A DNA stretch of 32,000 nt, from positions 2,970,001 through 3,002,000 of the forward strand of contig NC_020304.1 of NCBI RefSeq assembly GCF_000341395.1, written 5' to 3'. The notes below the pieces were generated by a model. The model saw only the letters and a list, made by a program, of their open reading frames with translations, did not search any database and was not told where the DNA came from. Both the position numbers and the translations under genes were made by a program. The stretch's first letter is position 1. Every line of letters begins with the position of its first letter. This DNA comes from Desulfocapsa sulfexigens DSM 10523 (lineage in GTDB: Bacteria; Desulfobacterota; Desulfobulbia; Desulfobulbales; Desulfocapsaceae). This document shows, piece after piece, positions 1 through 9,474 of the stretch.

Positions 1-221
1 TGATGATGGTTGCAATGTGAACACTCCAGTGAAGGCTGTCTTGATCCATGTGTTTTTTTATGAATTATGGTAAGTGTAAATGCGTTTTTTTGAGCGTCTG
101 ATCTGCAAATCTACCCTGCCTGGGTAAAAATGTAAAATAGCTTATTTTTCTCTGGCATTATCTTCAATGTGGATGGTAGTGTGCAAGCCTGACGGATTCA
201 CATTTTAAAGGTAAGGATATA

Positions 222-1406
222 ATGGAAATTAAAGGATTCTCCACATCTGCTGTAGCGGCAGGTATTCGATATAAGGATCGGCTGGATCTTGGTCTTATTT
301 ATAGCAATGTTCCAGCTGTTACTGCCGGGGTTTTTACCACCAATCAGGTGAAAGCTGCACCAGTCATAATTGATCAGGATCGTTTGCGGCAGGGACGAGC
401 TCAGGCCATTCTTGTAAACAGTGGTTGTGCCAACGCCTGTACTGGAGTGAAAGGGATGGAGAATGCAAACATCACCAGCTCACTTCTTGCAACACGCCTG
501 AAGATTGATGAGAAAATGGTGCTTCTGTCATCCACCGGAGTAATTGGCGAACAGCTGAATATTGGAGCCTTCCGCTCGGCAATGGGCAAACTTGTTGAGG
601 GCTTGGGTGAGGATAATTTTGATTCCGTAGCCAGGGCCATCATGACCACGGACACTTTTCCAAAGGTGGTAAGTAGAGTTGTGACGATTGGAGGCCAAGA
701 AGTGAAGTTTATGGGCATGGCCAAAGGCGCCGGGATGATAATGCCCAATATGGCAACCATGCTCTCCTTTGTGATTACCGATGCCCAGATAAGTTTTCCT
801 GAATTGCATGATTCTCTGAAACAGGCAACCGATAGAACTTTTAACCGCATTACGGTGGACGGTGATACCAGTACTAATGATATGGTTTTGGTTATGGCAA
901 ACGGAACTGCAGAGAACGCCTGGATTGATGAGGATAATCCCATTGATAAACAGTTGTTTCAGGATACTTTGGAAGGCGTGTTGAAAGAGCTTGCCCTGCA
1001 GATTGTGAATGATGGAGAAGGTGCAAGTAAGTGCATCACTATACGAGTATGCGGGGCGCGTGGTGAGGCCGAAGCCGAACAGATTGCCAGGACCGTAGCT
1101 AATTCACCTCTGGTGAAGACGGCATTTTTTGGAGAGGATGCCAATTGGGGGAGGATTTTTGCTGCCATGGGGCGGGCAGGAGTCCGATTCGATCCCAGTC
1201 GGGTTGACATTGCCTTTGGTGATGTGGTTATTGTTCGTGATGGGCTTGCCGTTGGTCCTGATGCTGAAAAGGCTGCTACCAAGCTGTTGAAAGAAAAGAA
1301 TATTACAGTGTGTATAGATTTGAAAGATGGTACAGATTGTGAGGAGATCTATACATGTGATTTTTCTTTGGATTATGTGAAGATTAATGCTGATTATCGA
1401 TCCTGA
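222..1406 (+). CDS. argJ: Bifunctional ornithine acetyltransferase / N-acetylglutamate synthase (ArgJ)
   Basis: 394-aa ORF with ArgJ hallmarks: N-terminal 'GFSTSAVAAGIRYK', self-cleavage region 'PNMATMLSFVITDA', 'TVDGDTSTNDM', C-terminal 'DYVKINADYRS'. AAGGA Shine-Dalgarno sits just upstream of the ATG. Confidence 0.92.
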   Translation: MEIKGFSTSAVAAGIRYKDRLDLGLIYSNVPAVTAGVFTTNQVKAAPVIIDQDRLRQGRAQAILVNSGCANACTGVKGMENANITSSLLATRLKIDEKMVLLSSTGVIGEQLNIGAFRSAMGKLVEGLGEDNFDSVARAIMTTDTFPKVVSRVVTIGGQEVKFMGMAKGAGMIMPNMATMLSFVITDAQISFPELHDSLKQATDRTFNRITVDGDTSTNDMVLVMANGTAENAWIDEDNPIDKQLFQDTLEGVLKELALQIVNDGEGASKCITIRVCGARGEAEAEQIARTVANSPLVKTAFFGEDANWGRIFAAMGRAGVRFDPSRVDIAFGDVVIVRDGLAVGPDAEKAATKLLKEKNITVCIDLKDGTDCEEIYTCDFSLDYVKINADYRS

Positions 1407-1426
1407 AGCTGTTCACGGTATAAGCT

Positions 1427-2161
1427 ATGAATAGTATAGCGATGTATTCAAGCAAAGGAGGGGTGGGAAAGACTGCTGCTGCCGTCAATCTGTCCTATGC
1501 TTCATCCATTCGTGGGAAAAAGACTTTGCTCTGTGATATGGATCCGCAGGGGGCCGCAAGTTTTTATTATCGTGTTCCTATTAAAGGAAAATTTAATAAA
1601 AAACAGTTCCTGAAGGGAAGACTGAAGGGATTTATCCGTGAAACCGGGTATCCTGGCTTAGATCTTTTACCCGCTCATTTTTCCTTTAGAAATCTCGATA
1701 TTGCACTTGATATTGATGGGCAGGATCAACTCAAAAATATTTTTGCTGTACTTGCAGATGACTACGATGTTCTTATCTTCGACTGTCCACCCAATATGAC
1801 TCTGTTATCTGAAAAACTTATTGCGGCCTCAGATCAGGTGGTGATGCCAGTTATTCCGACTACACTTTCCATCAGGGCACTGGCCCAACTGATGAAATTT
1901 TTTGATAAGATTGGAGCAGATCGGAAGAAACTCCGGGCCTTTTTTTCCATGGTCGAACGCCGCAAAAACATGCATCTTGATACAGTTAAAAGCTATCGGA
2001 AGAAAAAGGTGTTTTTCCGAACTCTGATACCCTACCTGGCCGATGTTGAAAAGATGGGTATCAACCGTACGCCTGTGGCAGTCTCGACACCCGGATCAGC
2101 TGCTACTATGGCTTATGATCGTCTATGGATGGAGATCTGGAAGCGAAGAGTCAGTGACTGA
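1427..2161 (+). CDS. ParA/MinD-family P-loop ATPase (orphan, no adjacent parB)
   Basis: Deviant Walker A 'SSKGGVGKTAAAVNLS', 'CDMDPQG', Walker B-like 'YDVLIFDCPP'. Size is 244 aa. No ParB-like ORF follows it. Confidence 0.85.
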   Translation: MNSIAMYSSKGGVGKTAAAVNLSYASSIRGKKTLLCDMDPQGAASFYYRVPIKGKFNKKQFLKGRLKGFIRETGYPGLDLLPAHFSFRNLDIALDIDGQDQLKNIFAVLADDYDVLIFDCPPNMTLLSEKLIAASDQVVMPVIPTTLSIRALAQLMKFFDKIGADRKKLRAFFSMVERRKNMHLDTVKSYRKKKVFFRTLIPYLADVEKMGINRTPVAVSTPGSAATMAYDRLWMEIWKRRVSD

Positions 2162-2182
2162 ACCCGCCTTTTTAAGTCCACC

Positions 2183-3367
2183 ATGAAATCTCCTTCTCTT
2201 TCAAAGGCCATGGGCGGACTCATCTTTCTTGCCGGTCTATTTTTTCTTAATTTCACTTCCAGGGTTATATTTTCTCCTCTCCTTCCTCTCATTGAACAGG
2301 AAATGGGGATCGACCATGTTCAGTCTGGAGCATTTTTTCTTTTTATATCAGCCGGATACTTTCTCTCTATTCTTTCATCCGGATTTGTCTCATCCAGAAT
2401 TAACCATAAAAACACTATAGTTCTTTCAAGCCTTGCGTTGGGATTAGCCCTTTTTCTCCTTGGTGGCTGCTCCACTTTGTTCACTCTCCAGGCTGGTTTA
2501 TTTGTTTTGGGTCTTGGGGCAGGCCTGTATTTTCCGTCAGGACTTGCCACCATTGTCCATCTGGTTCCTTCAGCATATCTTTCCAGGGGGATGGCAATTC
2601 ATGAGCTGGCACCCAATCTGGGTTTTGTGGCAGCTCCTCTGATTTGTGATCTGTTTCTCAAATATCTCCCATGGCGATATGGGCTGGCTCTTCTCGGGTT
2701 GCTCATTATCGGTATAGGAGTCGTGTATGGTCTCAGTTCTCATGGCTGCAAGGAAAGGGGGAGAGCACCTGATCTGTCAGCGACGACAGTGTTTTTTAAA
2801 ATGCCACTTTTTTGGGCTATGGTGGCTCTGTTTTCCCTGGCAATCTGCTCAACACTCGGTATTTATGCGATGGCACCACTTTTTCTGGTCAATGATCATG
2901 GTATGGATCCGGGGCGTGCGAATAGTCTGCTGGCCATATCCAGGATTGCTTCTATTTTTATGCCGCTGGCTGGAGGATGGTTTGGTGATCGCTATGGAAG
3001 ACAGCTTGTAATGGCGCTGGTACTGCTTGTTACAGGACTTCTGACAGTTGCAATGGCCATGGTCGGTGATGGTGTCTGGCTTATGACGCTTGTTGTGGCG
3101 CAGCCAATTGTTGCAGTCTGTTTTTACCCTGCGGGATTTGCGGTTCTTTCAAAGCTTGGTGCTGTTCAGTACGGAAATCTTTCCGTATCCCTCTGCCTGC
3201 CACTGGCTTTTCTTATAGGGGGTGGCCTGATGCCCACATTTATTGGCTTTGTAGGAGATTTGTATTCTATAAGCAGTGGCATTATACTGGTTGGCAGTCT
3301 AATGGTCCTTGGCGGAGCTACTTCTCTATTTGTTGCTTTGACCAATGAAAAAAAAATGCTAGTCTAG
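2183..3367 (+). CDS. MFS-type transporter
   Basis: 394 aa and almost entirely hydrophobic, with about 12 predicted helices. An MFS loop-like motif 'GGWFGDRYGRQ' lies in the second half. Confidence 0.8.
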   Translation: MKSPSLSKAMGGLIFLAGLFFLNFTSRVIFSPLLPLIEQEMGIDHVQSGAFFLFISAGYFLSILSSGFVSSRINHKNTIVLSSLALGLALFLLGGCSTLFTLQAGLFVLGLGAGLYFPSGLATIVHLVPSAYLSRGMAIHELAPNLGFVAAPLICDLFLKYLPWRYGLALLGLLIIGIGVVYGLSSHGCKERGRAPDLSATTVFFKMPLFWAMVALFSLAICSTLGIYAMAPLFLVNDHGMDPGRANSLLAISRIASIFMPLAGGWFGDRYGRQLVMALVLLVTGLLTVAMAMVGDGVWLMTLVVAQPIVAVCFYPAGFAVLSKLGAVQYGNLSVSLCLPLAFLIGGGLMPTFIGFVGDLYSISSGIILVGSLMVLGGATSLFVALTNEKKMLV

Positions 3368-3420
3368 CAGAGTAGAACCGACTTAACAGGAAACCTTATC
3401 AATTATATTAACGGTAAAGA

Positions 3421-3642
3421 ATGGCAGGGCGTCCAAGTTGTTTGAAATGTGTTCACTATTTCGTGACTCACGATCCGTCGAGTCCCTATGGATGTAGGGC
3501 CATGGGCTTTAAGTCGGCACAGAATCCTGCAGCACTGGTTTTCTCTTCTTCTGGAATTGAGTGCCAGATATTTAAATGTAAACAACCACCAAAACAGAAT
3601 AAATCTGGCTCTGGTGGATCCAGTGGCGGTTTAATCGCCTGA
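3421..3642 (+). CDS. Small Cys-rich conserved hypothetical protein
   Basis: 73-aa ORF with 'CLKCVHYF..PYGC..GFKS..ECQIFKC' spacing. I recall small proteobacterial proteins with this pattern that are often loosely annotated as uracil-DNA glycosylase. Gly/Ser-rich tail. Weak RBS. It fills the gap between the MFS gene and avtA. Confidence 0.5.
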   Translation: MAGRPSCLKCVHYFVTHDPSSPYGCRAMGFKSAQNPAALVFSSSGIECQIFKCKQPPKQNKSGSGGSSGGLIA

Positions 3643-3659
3643 CTGGAGGAGTATGAAAT

Positions 3660-4913
3660 ATGAAGTTATCAGGGTTTGGTGAGCAGTTCACCAGCGGTGC
3701 AGGAATTCTCAGTCTAATGGAAGATCTGGGAAATGCTCTTGCCACCGGCGGTGATGATATGATCATGATGGGTGGTGGTAATCCCGGGCATGTGCCGGGG
3801 TTCCAGGAAGTTATCCAAAAGCGTTTACAGTACCTGGCGCAGGATACACCATCCTTCAAGAAACTTATTGGAGTGTATGATCCCCCGCAGGGAGAGAAGG
3901 ATTTTGTCGATGTTCTGGCGAATCTGCTCAGCCGTGAGTATGGCTGGGAGGTAGGGCCGGAAAATATATGCCTTACAAATGGAAGTCAGGCCGGATTTTT
4001 CCTTCTTTTTAATATGTTTGGCGGACAGTATTCAGACGGTAGTTCAAAAAAAATTCGTTTGCCATTGGCCCCGGAATATATTGGATATGCTGATCTTGGA
4101 ACTAAAAATGAATTTTTTGTTTCCACCCGGCCGCGTATTGAATTGCTCGATGATAATATGTTCAAATATCATGTTGATTTTGACAACCTTCTTGTCGGTT
4201 CGGAGACCGGTGCTCTTTGTGTCTCCCGTCCAACAAATCCCACCGGAAATGTCCTCACTGACGAAGAAATTGCAAAACTTGATGTGTTGGCACGTGAGCA
4301 TGATGTACCGCTAATCCTTGACAACGCCTATGGGGTACCTTTTCCTGGTATCATTTATACGGAAGCGCAACCTGTTTGGAATGAGAATATTATTGTCTGT
4401 CTGTCACTTTCTAAACTTGGGCTGCCAGCTGCCAGAACAGGAATGATTGTTGCTCGTAAAGAAATCATCAAAGCGGTTTCTGGAATGAATGCCATCATGA
4501 ATCTTGCCACTGGAAGTATGGGGGCCATGCTTGCCCATGAGATGGTGGAGAGCGGTGAAGTACTGAATCTGAGCCGTAATGTGATACGGCCATTTTATCA
4601 GGAGAAAATGGAAAAAGCAGTGGCAAATTTCCACGTAGCCCTTGCAGGGACTCCCTATAAGCTCCATAAACCGGAGGGGGCCATGTTTCTCTGGTTATGG
4701 TTCGAAGATCTCCCTATTTCAAGCCATGAGTTGTATCAGCGCTTGAAGGCAAGAAATGTTCTGGTGGTTTCCGGTCATTTCTTTTTCCCAGGACTTGAAA
4801 AGGAATGGCAGCATCAGAATGAATGTATCCGGGTAACCTATTCTCAGGATGAGGCACAGGTCGCTAAAGGTATTCAGATCATTGCAGAAGAAGTAAAGAA
4901 GGCGTATTCCTGA
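3660..4913 (+). CDS. avtA: Valine--pyruvate aminotransferase (class I/II PLP aminotransferase, AvtA-like)
   Basis: Colinear with E. coli AvtA as I remember it: 'FG.{2}FT..SGI..LMEDL', 'GGGNP', 'LAPEYIGYAD', 'FKYHVDF', 'VSRPTNPTGNV', 'DNAYGVPFPGII', PLP lysine context 'LSLSKLGLP', 'HKPEGA.FLWLWF.DLPI'. GGAGGAG RBS upstream. Confidence 0.9.
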   Translation: MKLSGFGEQFTSGAGILSLMEDLGNALATGGDDMIMMGGGNPGHVPGFQEVIQKRLQYLAQDTPSFKKLIGVYDPPQGEKDFVDVLANLLSREYGWEVGPENICLTNGSQAGFFLLFNMFGGQYSDGSSKKIRLPLAPEYIGYADLGTKNEFFVSTRPRIELLDDNMFKYHVDFDNLLVGSETGALCVSRPTNPTGNVLTDEEIAKLDVLAREHDVPLILDNAYGVPFPGIIYTEAQPVWNENIIVCLSLSKLGLPAARTGMIVARKEIIKAVSGMNAIMNLATGSMGAMLAHEMVESGEVLNLSRNVIRPFYQEKMEKAVANFHVALAGTPYKLHKPEGAMFLWLWFEDLPISSHELYQRLKARNVLVVSGHFFFPGLEKEWQHQNECIRVTYSQDEAQVAKGIQIIAEEVKKAYS

Positions 4914-6709
4914 TGGAGAAAAAAAGATTGAATTACAGGGCAAAGGTGAAATTAGCAGGTCTGGTGTTCGCTACCATACTGTTTTGTACTATCACGGCTT
5001 ATGGAGAGTGCTTACAGGGAGACTGTAAAAATGGTGAAGGAGTTCTGGTTCATGAAGATGGCAGACACTACAATGGTTCATTTGAAAAGGGAGCTATACA
5101 TGGAACAGGAGTCTTGAAATTTCCCGATGGGCGTATGTACAGTGGAGAATTTCAAGGGGGAAGGTTTCATGGTAAAGGTGTTCTGACGAGTCCCGATGGC
5201 AGAAGATATGAAGGCGAATTCAGTTCAAATGTGATCCATGGTAAAGGTGTCTTGTCCTATAAGGATGGCACTCGATATGATGGTGATTTTCTCCTTGGAA
5301 AATATCATGGAGATGGTGAACTTACCTATGCGGACGGTCGTAAGTACCTGGGAGAATTTAGAAATGGCTTACTTGAGGGACAGGGAAAGCTGACCTATGT
5401 CAATGGTACTTATTTTGAAGGAGAATTTCACAACGGTCAACCCGCAGGTAAGGGCATTAAAACCTATGTGGGTGGTAGTACGTATATTGGTGAGTTTTAC
5501 GGTGGTGAGCGCCGTGGCTATGGGATATGGAAAGGAACCGACAATAATCGCTATGAAGGTGATTTTGCCAGAGACAGCTATAATGGATATGGCGTTCTGA
5601 TATATGCTGATGGCAGAAAATATACTGGTCAGTTTTTTGATAATTACAGACATGGTGAAGGTGAGCTGATTTACACCGATAAAACCCGATATATCGGACA
5701 ATTCGATCACGGGAAAAAACAGGGGAAGGGGATCGAGTATTATTCTGATTCCAGTCGTTACGAAGGTGAGTTTGAAGCAGATAAGCGCTCTGGTACAGGA
5801 AAACACTTTTACGCAGACGGTTCCGTCTATGATGGAGAATTTCGTGATGGAAAACCGAATGGTTATGGAAAGCTTACCCTAAAGGACAGTAGTGTCTACA
5901 CAGGGCAGTTTGTTGATGGCAGACCTGTGGAAGAAACTCGTCCTGCGGGAGAAGTCATCCCGGTTCCTCCTGTAAAAGAGGTTGTGACTGCGGTCAAAGT
6001 TGAGAAGATAGAGAAAAAGGAGCAGATCGCTGCAGTTCAGCCCTCTTCAAAGCCTGAGGTACCCGTTCTCGTGCCGGATGCGAGCCAGGGGCGATATATC
6101 TATTACAAAGGCAGGGTGTGTCACCTTGGAAACAGAACCCCAGTCAATGGAGTAGTTGAATACCTTTTTGATGATGGAATGTTCTATCGCGGAGAAATGA
6201 AGAAAGGGCTTATGGATGGTAGTGGCGTCATAGAGTATGCCAATGGTGATGTCTATGACGGAGATATAAAAGAGGGTAAACTCCATGGTAGTGGTGTCTA
6301 CAGATATAGTAACGGCAGGCGCTATGAGGGTACATTTGTCCAGGGGGTAAAGGAAGGAACTGGAGTGTTCGCCTATCCCGACGGTTCACGGTATGCTGGA
6401 GAGTTGCAACAGGATCATTTTTCCGGAAAGGGAAGCTATTATTTCAATGATTCCAGTTATTATGAGGGCCAATTTAAGCTGGGCCGTTTTCATGGAAACG
6501 GCAAACTGACATATGCTGATGGAAGTGTTATCAGCGGTGAATTCCAGGATGATATGCCCAATGGAAAAGCAACTCTTGTTTCTGCCGATGGAAGCAGGTA
6601 CGAGGGAGAATTTTCAATGGGACGTCGGAACGGTTTTGGTAAACTGACCACCAGTAAGGGGAAGGTGTATGAGGGTCAGTTTAAGGACGATCAGTTCTTG
6701 CGTCCCTGA
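4913..6709 (+). CDS. Secreted/anchored MORN-repeat protein (13 + 8 repeats)
   Basis: N-terminal hydrophobic signal/anchor 'LAGLVFATILFCTITAYG'. There are 21 copies of the 23-aa MORN unit (Y-x-G-x-F-x(5,6)-G-x-G). A Pro/Val/Glu/Lys linker (aa 338-395) splits them into two arrays. The ATG overlaps the avtA stop (TGATG). Confidence 0.85.
   Translation: MEKKRLNYRAKVKLAGLVFATILFCTITAYGECLQGDCKNGEGVLVHEDGRHYNGSFEKGAIHGTGVLKFPDGRMYSGEFQGGRFHGKGVLTSPDGRRYEGEFSSNVIHGKGVLSYKDGTRYDGDFLLGKYHGDGELTYADGRKYLGEFRNGLLEGQGKLTYVNGTYFEGEFHNGQPAGKGIKTYVGGSTYIGEFYGGERRGYGIWKGTDNNRYEGDFARDSYNGYGVLIYADGRKYTGQFFDNYRHGEGELIYTDKTRYIGQFDHGKKQGKGIEYYSDSSRYEGEFEADKRSGTGKHFYADGSVYDGEFRDGKPNGYGKLTLKDSSVYTGQFVDGRPVEETRPAGEVIPVPPVKEVVTAVKVEKIEKKEQIAAVQPSSKPEVPVLVPDASQGRYIYYKGRVCHLGNRTPVNGVVEYLFDDGMFYRGEMKKGLMDGSGVIEYANGDVYDGDIKEGKLHGSGVYRYSNGRRYEGTFVQGVKEGTGVFAYPDGSRYAGELQQDHFSGKGSYYFNDSSYYEGQFKLGRFHGNGKLTYADGSVISGEFQDDMPNGKATLVSADGSRYEGEFSMGRRNGFGKLTTSKGKVYEGQFKDDQFLRP
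5024..5923 (+). repeat. In-frame tandem array of 13 MORN units (69-bp period) inside the CDS
   Basis: The core recurs every 23 aa: YNGSF, YSGEF, YEGEF, YDGDF, YLGEF, FEGEF, YIGEF, YEGDF, YTGQF, YIGQF, YEGEF, YDGEF, YTGQF. Confidence 0.8.
6146..6688 (+). repeat. Second in-frame tandem array of 8 MORN units
   Basis: YRGEM, YDGDI, YEGTF, YAGEL, YEGQF, ISGEF, YEGEF, YEGQF cores at a 23-aa period. Confidence 0.8.
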
Positions 6710-6733
6710 TCTCTTCGTTTCAAGGAGTGCGAA

Positions 6734-7099
6734 ATGCGATGGAGCTACAAAACAGTACATTTTAGTCTCAAGAAGGAAGGGTTGCTGGGCAGTGCATTCC
6801 TGGATGAAAATGAACTTGAGATTTCTCTCAATGAATATGGTCGTCTCGGGTGGGAACTGGTCTCAATCCAGGAGGTGAATGATGGACTTATTGCAATACT
6901 TAAGCAGCCCTATACTCGGGGACTGCTTTCAGTTGAAGATGAACCAGTTGTAATCTCAAATACAGAGAACCCTTTGCAGCGGCAGGTTGAACTTTCCTCC
7001 TCTGTCTCATCATCGTCGAAGGCCTCCATTAGCAGGGAAGAGGTCGACGAAAGTGTATTGAGTAATGCTAGTGATGTTGGTTCCATCCGGATAATGTGA
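6734..7099 (+). CDS. DUF4177-like small protein with Ser/acidic tail
   Basis: 'W.YKTV......G.......E.E..LNEYG..GWELVS' is the pattern I associate with DUF4177. AAGGAG RBS upstream. The C-terminal half is low-complexity (SSSVSSSSKAS). Confidence 0.65.
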   Translation: MRWSYKTVHFSLKKEGLLGSAFLDENELEISLNEYGRLGWELVSIQEVNDGLIAILKQPYTRGLLSVEDEPVVISNTENPLQRQVELSSSVSSSSKASISREEVDESVLSNASDVGSIRIM

Positions 7100-7125
7100 G
7101 TAGCAACTTCTGGTATTAAATATGA

Positions 7126-8316
7126 GTGCAAATGGCAAAACAAATGAAAGAAGCTCCTGCTGTCCCCCCTGAACTCTTATCCTGGATGTGTGAGATCAGG
7201 CAAAGCATTCATCATAATCCAGAACTCTCATTTAATGAATACGACACTGCCGATTATGTCCGGTCAAAATTGAAGGAAATTGGTATTTCCAGGCAGTGGA
7301 AGGTTACTGAAACAGGAGTAGTTGCAGAGATTGGTGATCCAGGTTCTTCATCTGTGGTAGGTCTCAGGGCTGATATGGACGCCCTTCCTGTCAAAGAGGA
7401 GACAGGATTACCCTTTGCTTCAAAACACACTGGTATTATGCATGCATGTGGCCATGATGGTCACGTTGCCATGCTGCTTGGTGCTGCGTTCCTACTGCAG
7501 GGCATGAGCTTTCCAGGGCGGGTGCGTCTCCTATTCCAGCCTGCCGAAGAAAAAGGTAATGGCGCAGAAAGTATGATTGCGGGCGGTGCTATTGATAACC
7601 TGGCCGCTATCTTCGGAGGGCATATTGATACCCACTATGAAACCGGTAGTATCACGGTTGATGAAGGAATTATCTGTGCTTTTGCTGATGCCTTCATAGT
7701 GACAATAAACGGTAGTGCTGGCCATGCTGCCAGACCTCATGAGTGTAAAGATGCCATTGTTGCCGCCGCCGGTTTAATACTGTCCCTTCAGTCACTGGTG
7801 TCCCGTGAGGTGAACCCAAATCACGCTGTTGTTGTGAGCGTTGGAAGGATTCGCGCAGGTGAAATACATAATGTTATTGCCGGTGAAGCTGTGCTTGAGG
7901 GAACTATCCGCAGCACCCATCAGGATTCAAGAACAGCTGTCATTTCCGGACTGAAAAGAATGGTCCGGAGTTGTGCGGAATGTTATGGTGTTCAGGTCGA
8001 CCTTCAGTTTCCTGAATTTCTTCCGGCTGTAATTAATGATAGTGTGGGGACACAGGTTGCAAGGCAGGCGGCTGAAAAAGTAGTTTCCAGTGGGAATGTA
8101 ATTTCACAGGGGCCATCAAGTCTCGGTGGAGAGGATTTTTCCTTCTACCTTCAAAAAACCAAAGGCTGTCTGGTTCGTTTTGGCGCTAGAATATCAGATA
8201 CAGCTGGCCCTGCACATAGTAGCACATTCGATTTTGATGAAGCAGTTCTTGGCATTGGTGCTTCCTGGTACGCTCAGGTTGCGGAAACATTCCTGTGTGG
8301 CTGCGGTGATAGATAA
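7126..8316 (+). CDS. M20D-family amidohydrolase (N-acyl-L-amino acid amidohydrolase / hippurate hydrolase-like)
   Basis: 'IHHNPELSFNEY.T', 'LRADMDALP', metal-binding 'HACGHDGH', 'FQPAEE', 'GGEDFS.Y'. The ORF opens with GTG at 7126. An ATG two codons later (7132) is an alternative start. Confidence 0.85.
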   Translation: MQMAKQMKEAPAVPPELLSWMCEIRQSIHHNPELSFNEYDTADYVRSKLKEIGISRQWKVTETGVVAEIGDPGSSSVVGLRADMDALPVKEETGLPFASKHTGIMHACGHDGHVAMLLGAAFLLQGMSFPGRVRLLFQPAEEKGNGAESMIAGGAIDNLAAIFGGHIDTHYETGSITVDEGIICAFADAFIVTINGSAGHAARPHECKDAIVAAAGLILSLQSLVSREVNPNHAVVVSVGRIRAGEIHNVIAGEAVLEGTIRSTHQDSRTAVISGLKRMVRSCAECYGVQVDLQFPEFLPAVINDSVGTQVARQAAEKVVSSGNVISQGPSSLGGEDFSFYLQKTKGCLVRFGARISDTAGPAHSSTFDFDEAVLGIGASWYAQVAETFLCGCGDR

Positions 8317-8340
8317 CCGCTAAGCAAGAGAGGGTTTTCA

Positions 8341-9474
8341 ATGACACCCGGAGCCAAGCAGACTCTACTCCCTTTTGCTTCCAGTCCATCATACACCCTC
8401 GGGGTGGAGTTAGAGTTTCAGACCTTAGATAATGAAACGTTGAATCTCGCCCCTCTTGCTCCGATCCTTCTTGAGAATGCTCCAGTCATTCTTAAGCCCA
8501 AAATTACCCACGAGTGGATACGTTCTATTTTAGAAATTCGCACCGGAATTTGTAAAACACTCCGTGATGTCGAGAATGATCTGTTGCAGACCTGCTCCAT
8601 AGCAGAGGAGCTTGCCGCCGATAATAACTGTCTTCTCTACGCTGCCTCTCTGCACCCATTTGCCCGTTCTCATGATCAGTTACTGACAAAAGACCCTCGT
8701 TATGAACGTATCATGGAGGAGTTACAAATTGTTGGGCGTCGTTTTATCTCCCAAGGATTTCATGTTCATGTGGGAATGATTGATGGTGATACTGCAGTAA
8801 GAGTATGTGACCTGATACAGCCCTATCTTCCCTTGTTCCTGGCTCTTTCTGCATCCTCGCCATTTTTTCAAGGGGAGGATACCGGACTGATGTCTTACAG
8901 AACGAAGCTGTTTGAAGCTTTGCCGCTTGCCGGTATTTACGAACCAATTGGTGACTGGGAGAATTTTGTCTCTGATGTCTGGCAACTGCAGGAAGCAGGG
9001 GTGATAGAATCCATTAAGGATCTCTGGTGGGATGCCAGACCGCATCCAGGTTTTGGAACCCTTGAGATACGTGCCTGTGATCTTCCTGCCCAATTTGGTG
9101 ATATTCTCGGAATTACAGCTCTTATTCAGTGTTTTGTTGCAACTCTCGCCGAGTCAAAAATGGTGACAACCTCGTGCAATCAGCAATTTCTGAGAAGTAA
9201 TAAGTGGCAGGCTGTCCGTTACGGACTTGATGGCAGCTTTTTTGATCCTCTTGGCTTTCTTGGCGAGGGAAAAATGAGTATTCGTATGGCAGTTTGTACT
9301 CTGATTGAAAAGCTACAGCCCATGGTGCAGGCTTTTCGTTGTGAACGGTATATAAACATGCTTAAGAGAATATTAGATCATGGGACGGGTGCAGACAGTC
9401 AGAGAAGGATCTATGCGAAAACCGCTGACTTTAAAAAGGTGGTACAACAACTTCATGAGAAATTTTGGGCATGA
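8341..9474 (+). CDS. ybdK: Carboxylate-amine ligase, glutamate--cysteine ligase family 2 (YbdK-like)
   Basis: Colinear with E. coli YbdK as I remember it: 'TLG.ELE.Q', 'HPF', 'RY', 'FG.HVHVG', 'LSA.SPF..G.DTG..S.R', 'IKDL.WD.RPHP.FGT.E.R..D', 'N.WQA.RYGLDG'. Confidence 0.85.
   Translation: MTPGAKQTLLPFASSPSYTLGVELEFQTLDNETLNLAPLAPILLENAPVILKPKITHEWIRSILEIRTGICKTLRDVENDLLQTCSIAEELAADNNCLLYAASLHPFARSHDQLLTKDPRYERIMEELQIVGRRFISQGFHVHVGMIDGDTAVRVCDLIQPYLPLFLALSASSPFFQGEDTGLMSYRTKLFEALPLAGIYEPIGDWENFVSDVWQLQEAGVIESIKDLWWDARPHPGFGTLEIRACDLPAQFGDILGITALIQCFVATLAESKMVTTSCNQQFLRSNKWQAVRYGLDGSFFDPLGFLGEGKMSIRMAVCTLIEKLQPMVQAFRCERYINMLKRILDHGTGADSQRRIYAKTADFKKVVQQLHEKFWA

Noticed and set aside
401-1282. 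Minus-strand ORFs of 180, 93 and 107 aa inside argJ
   Set aside because: They are fully antisense to a gene with unmistakable ArgJ motifs. Their translations are low-complexity (Ser/Pro/Ala-rich) with no motifs or RBS. These are typical shadow ORFs.
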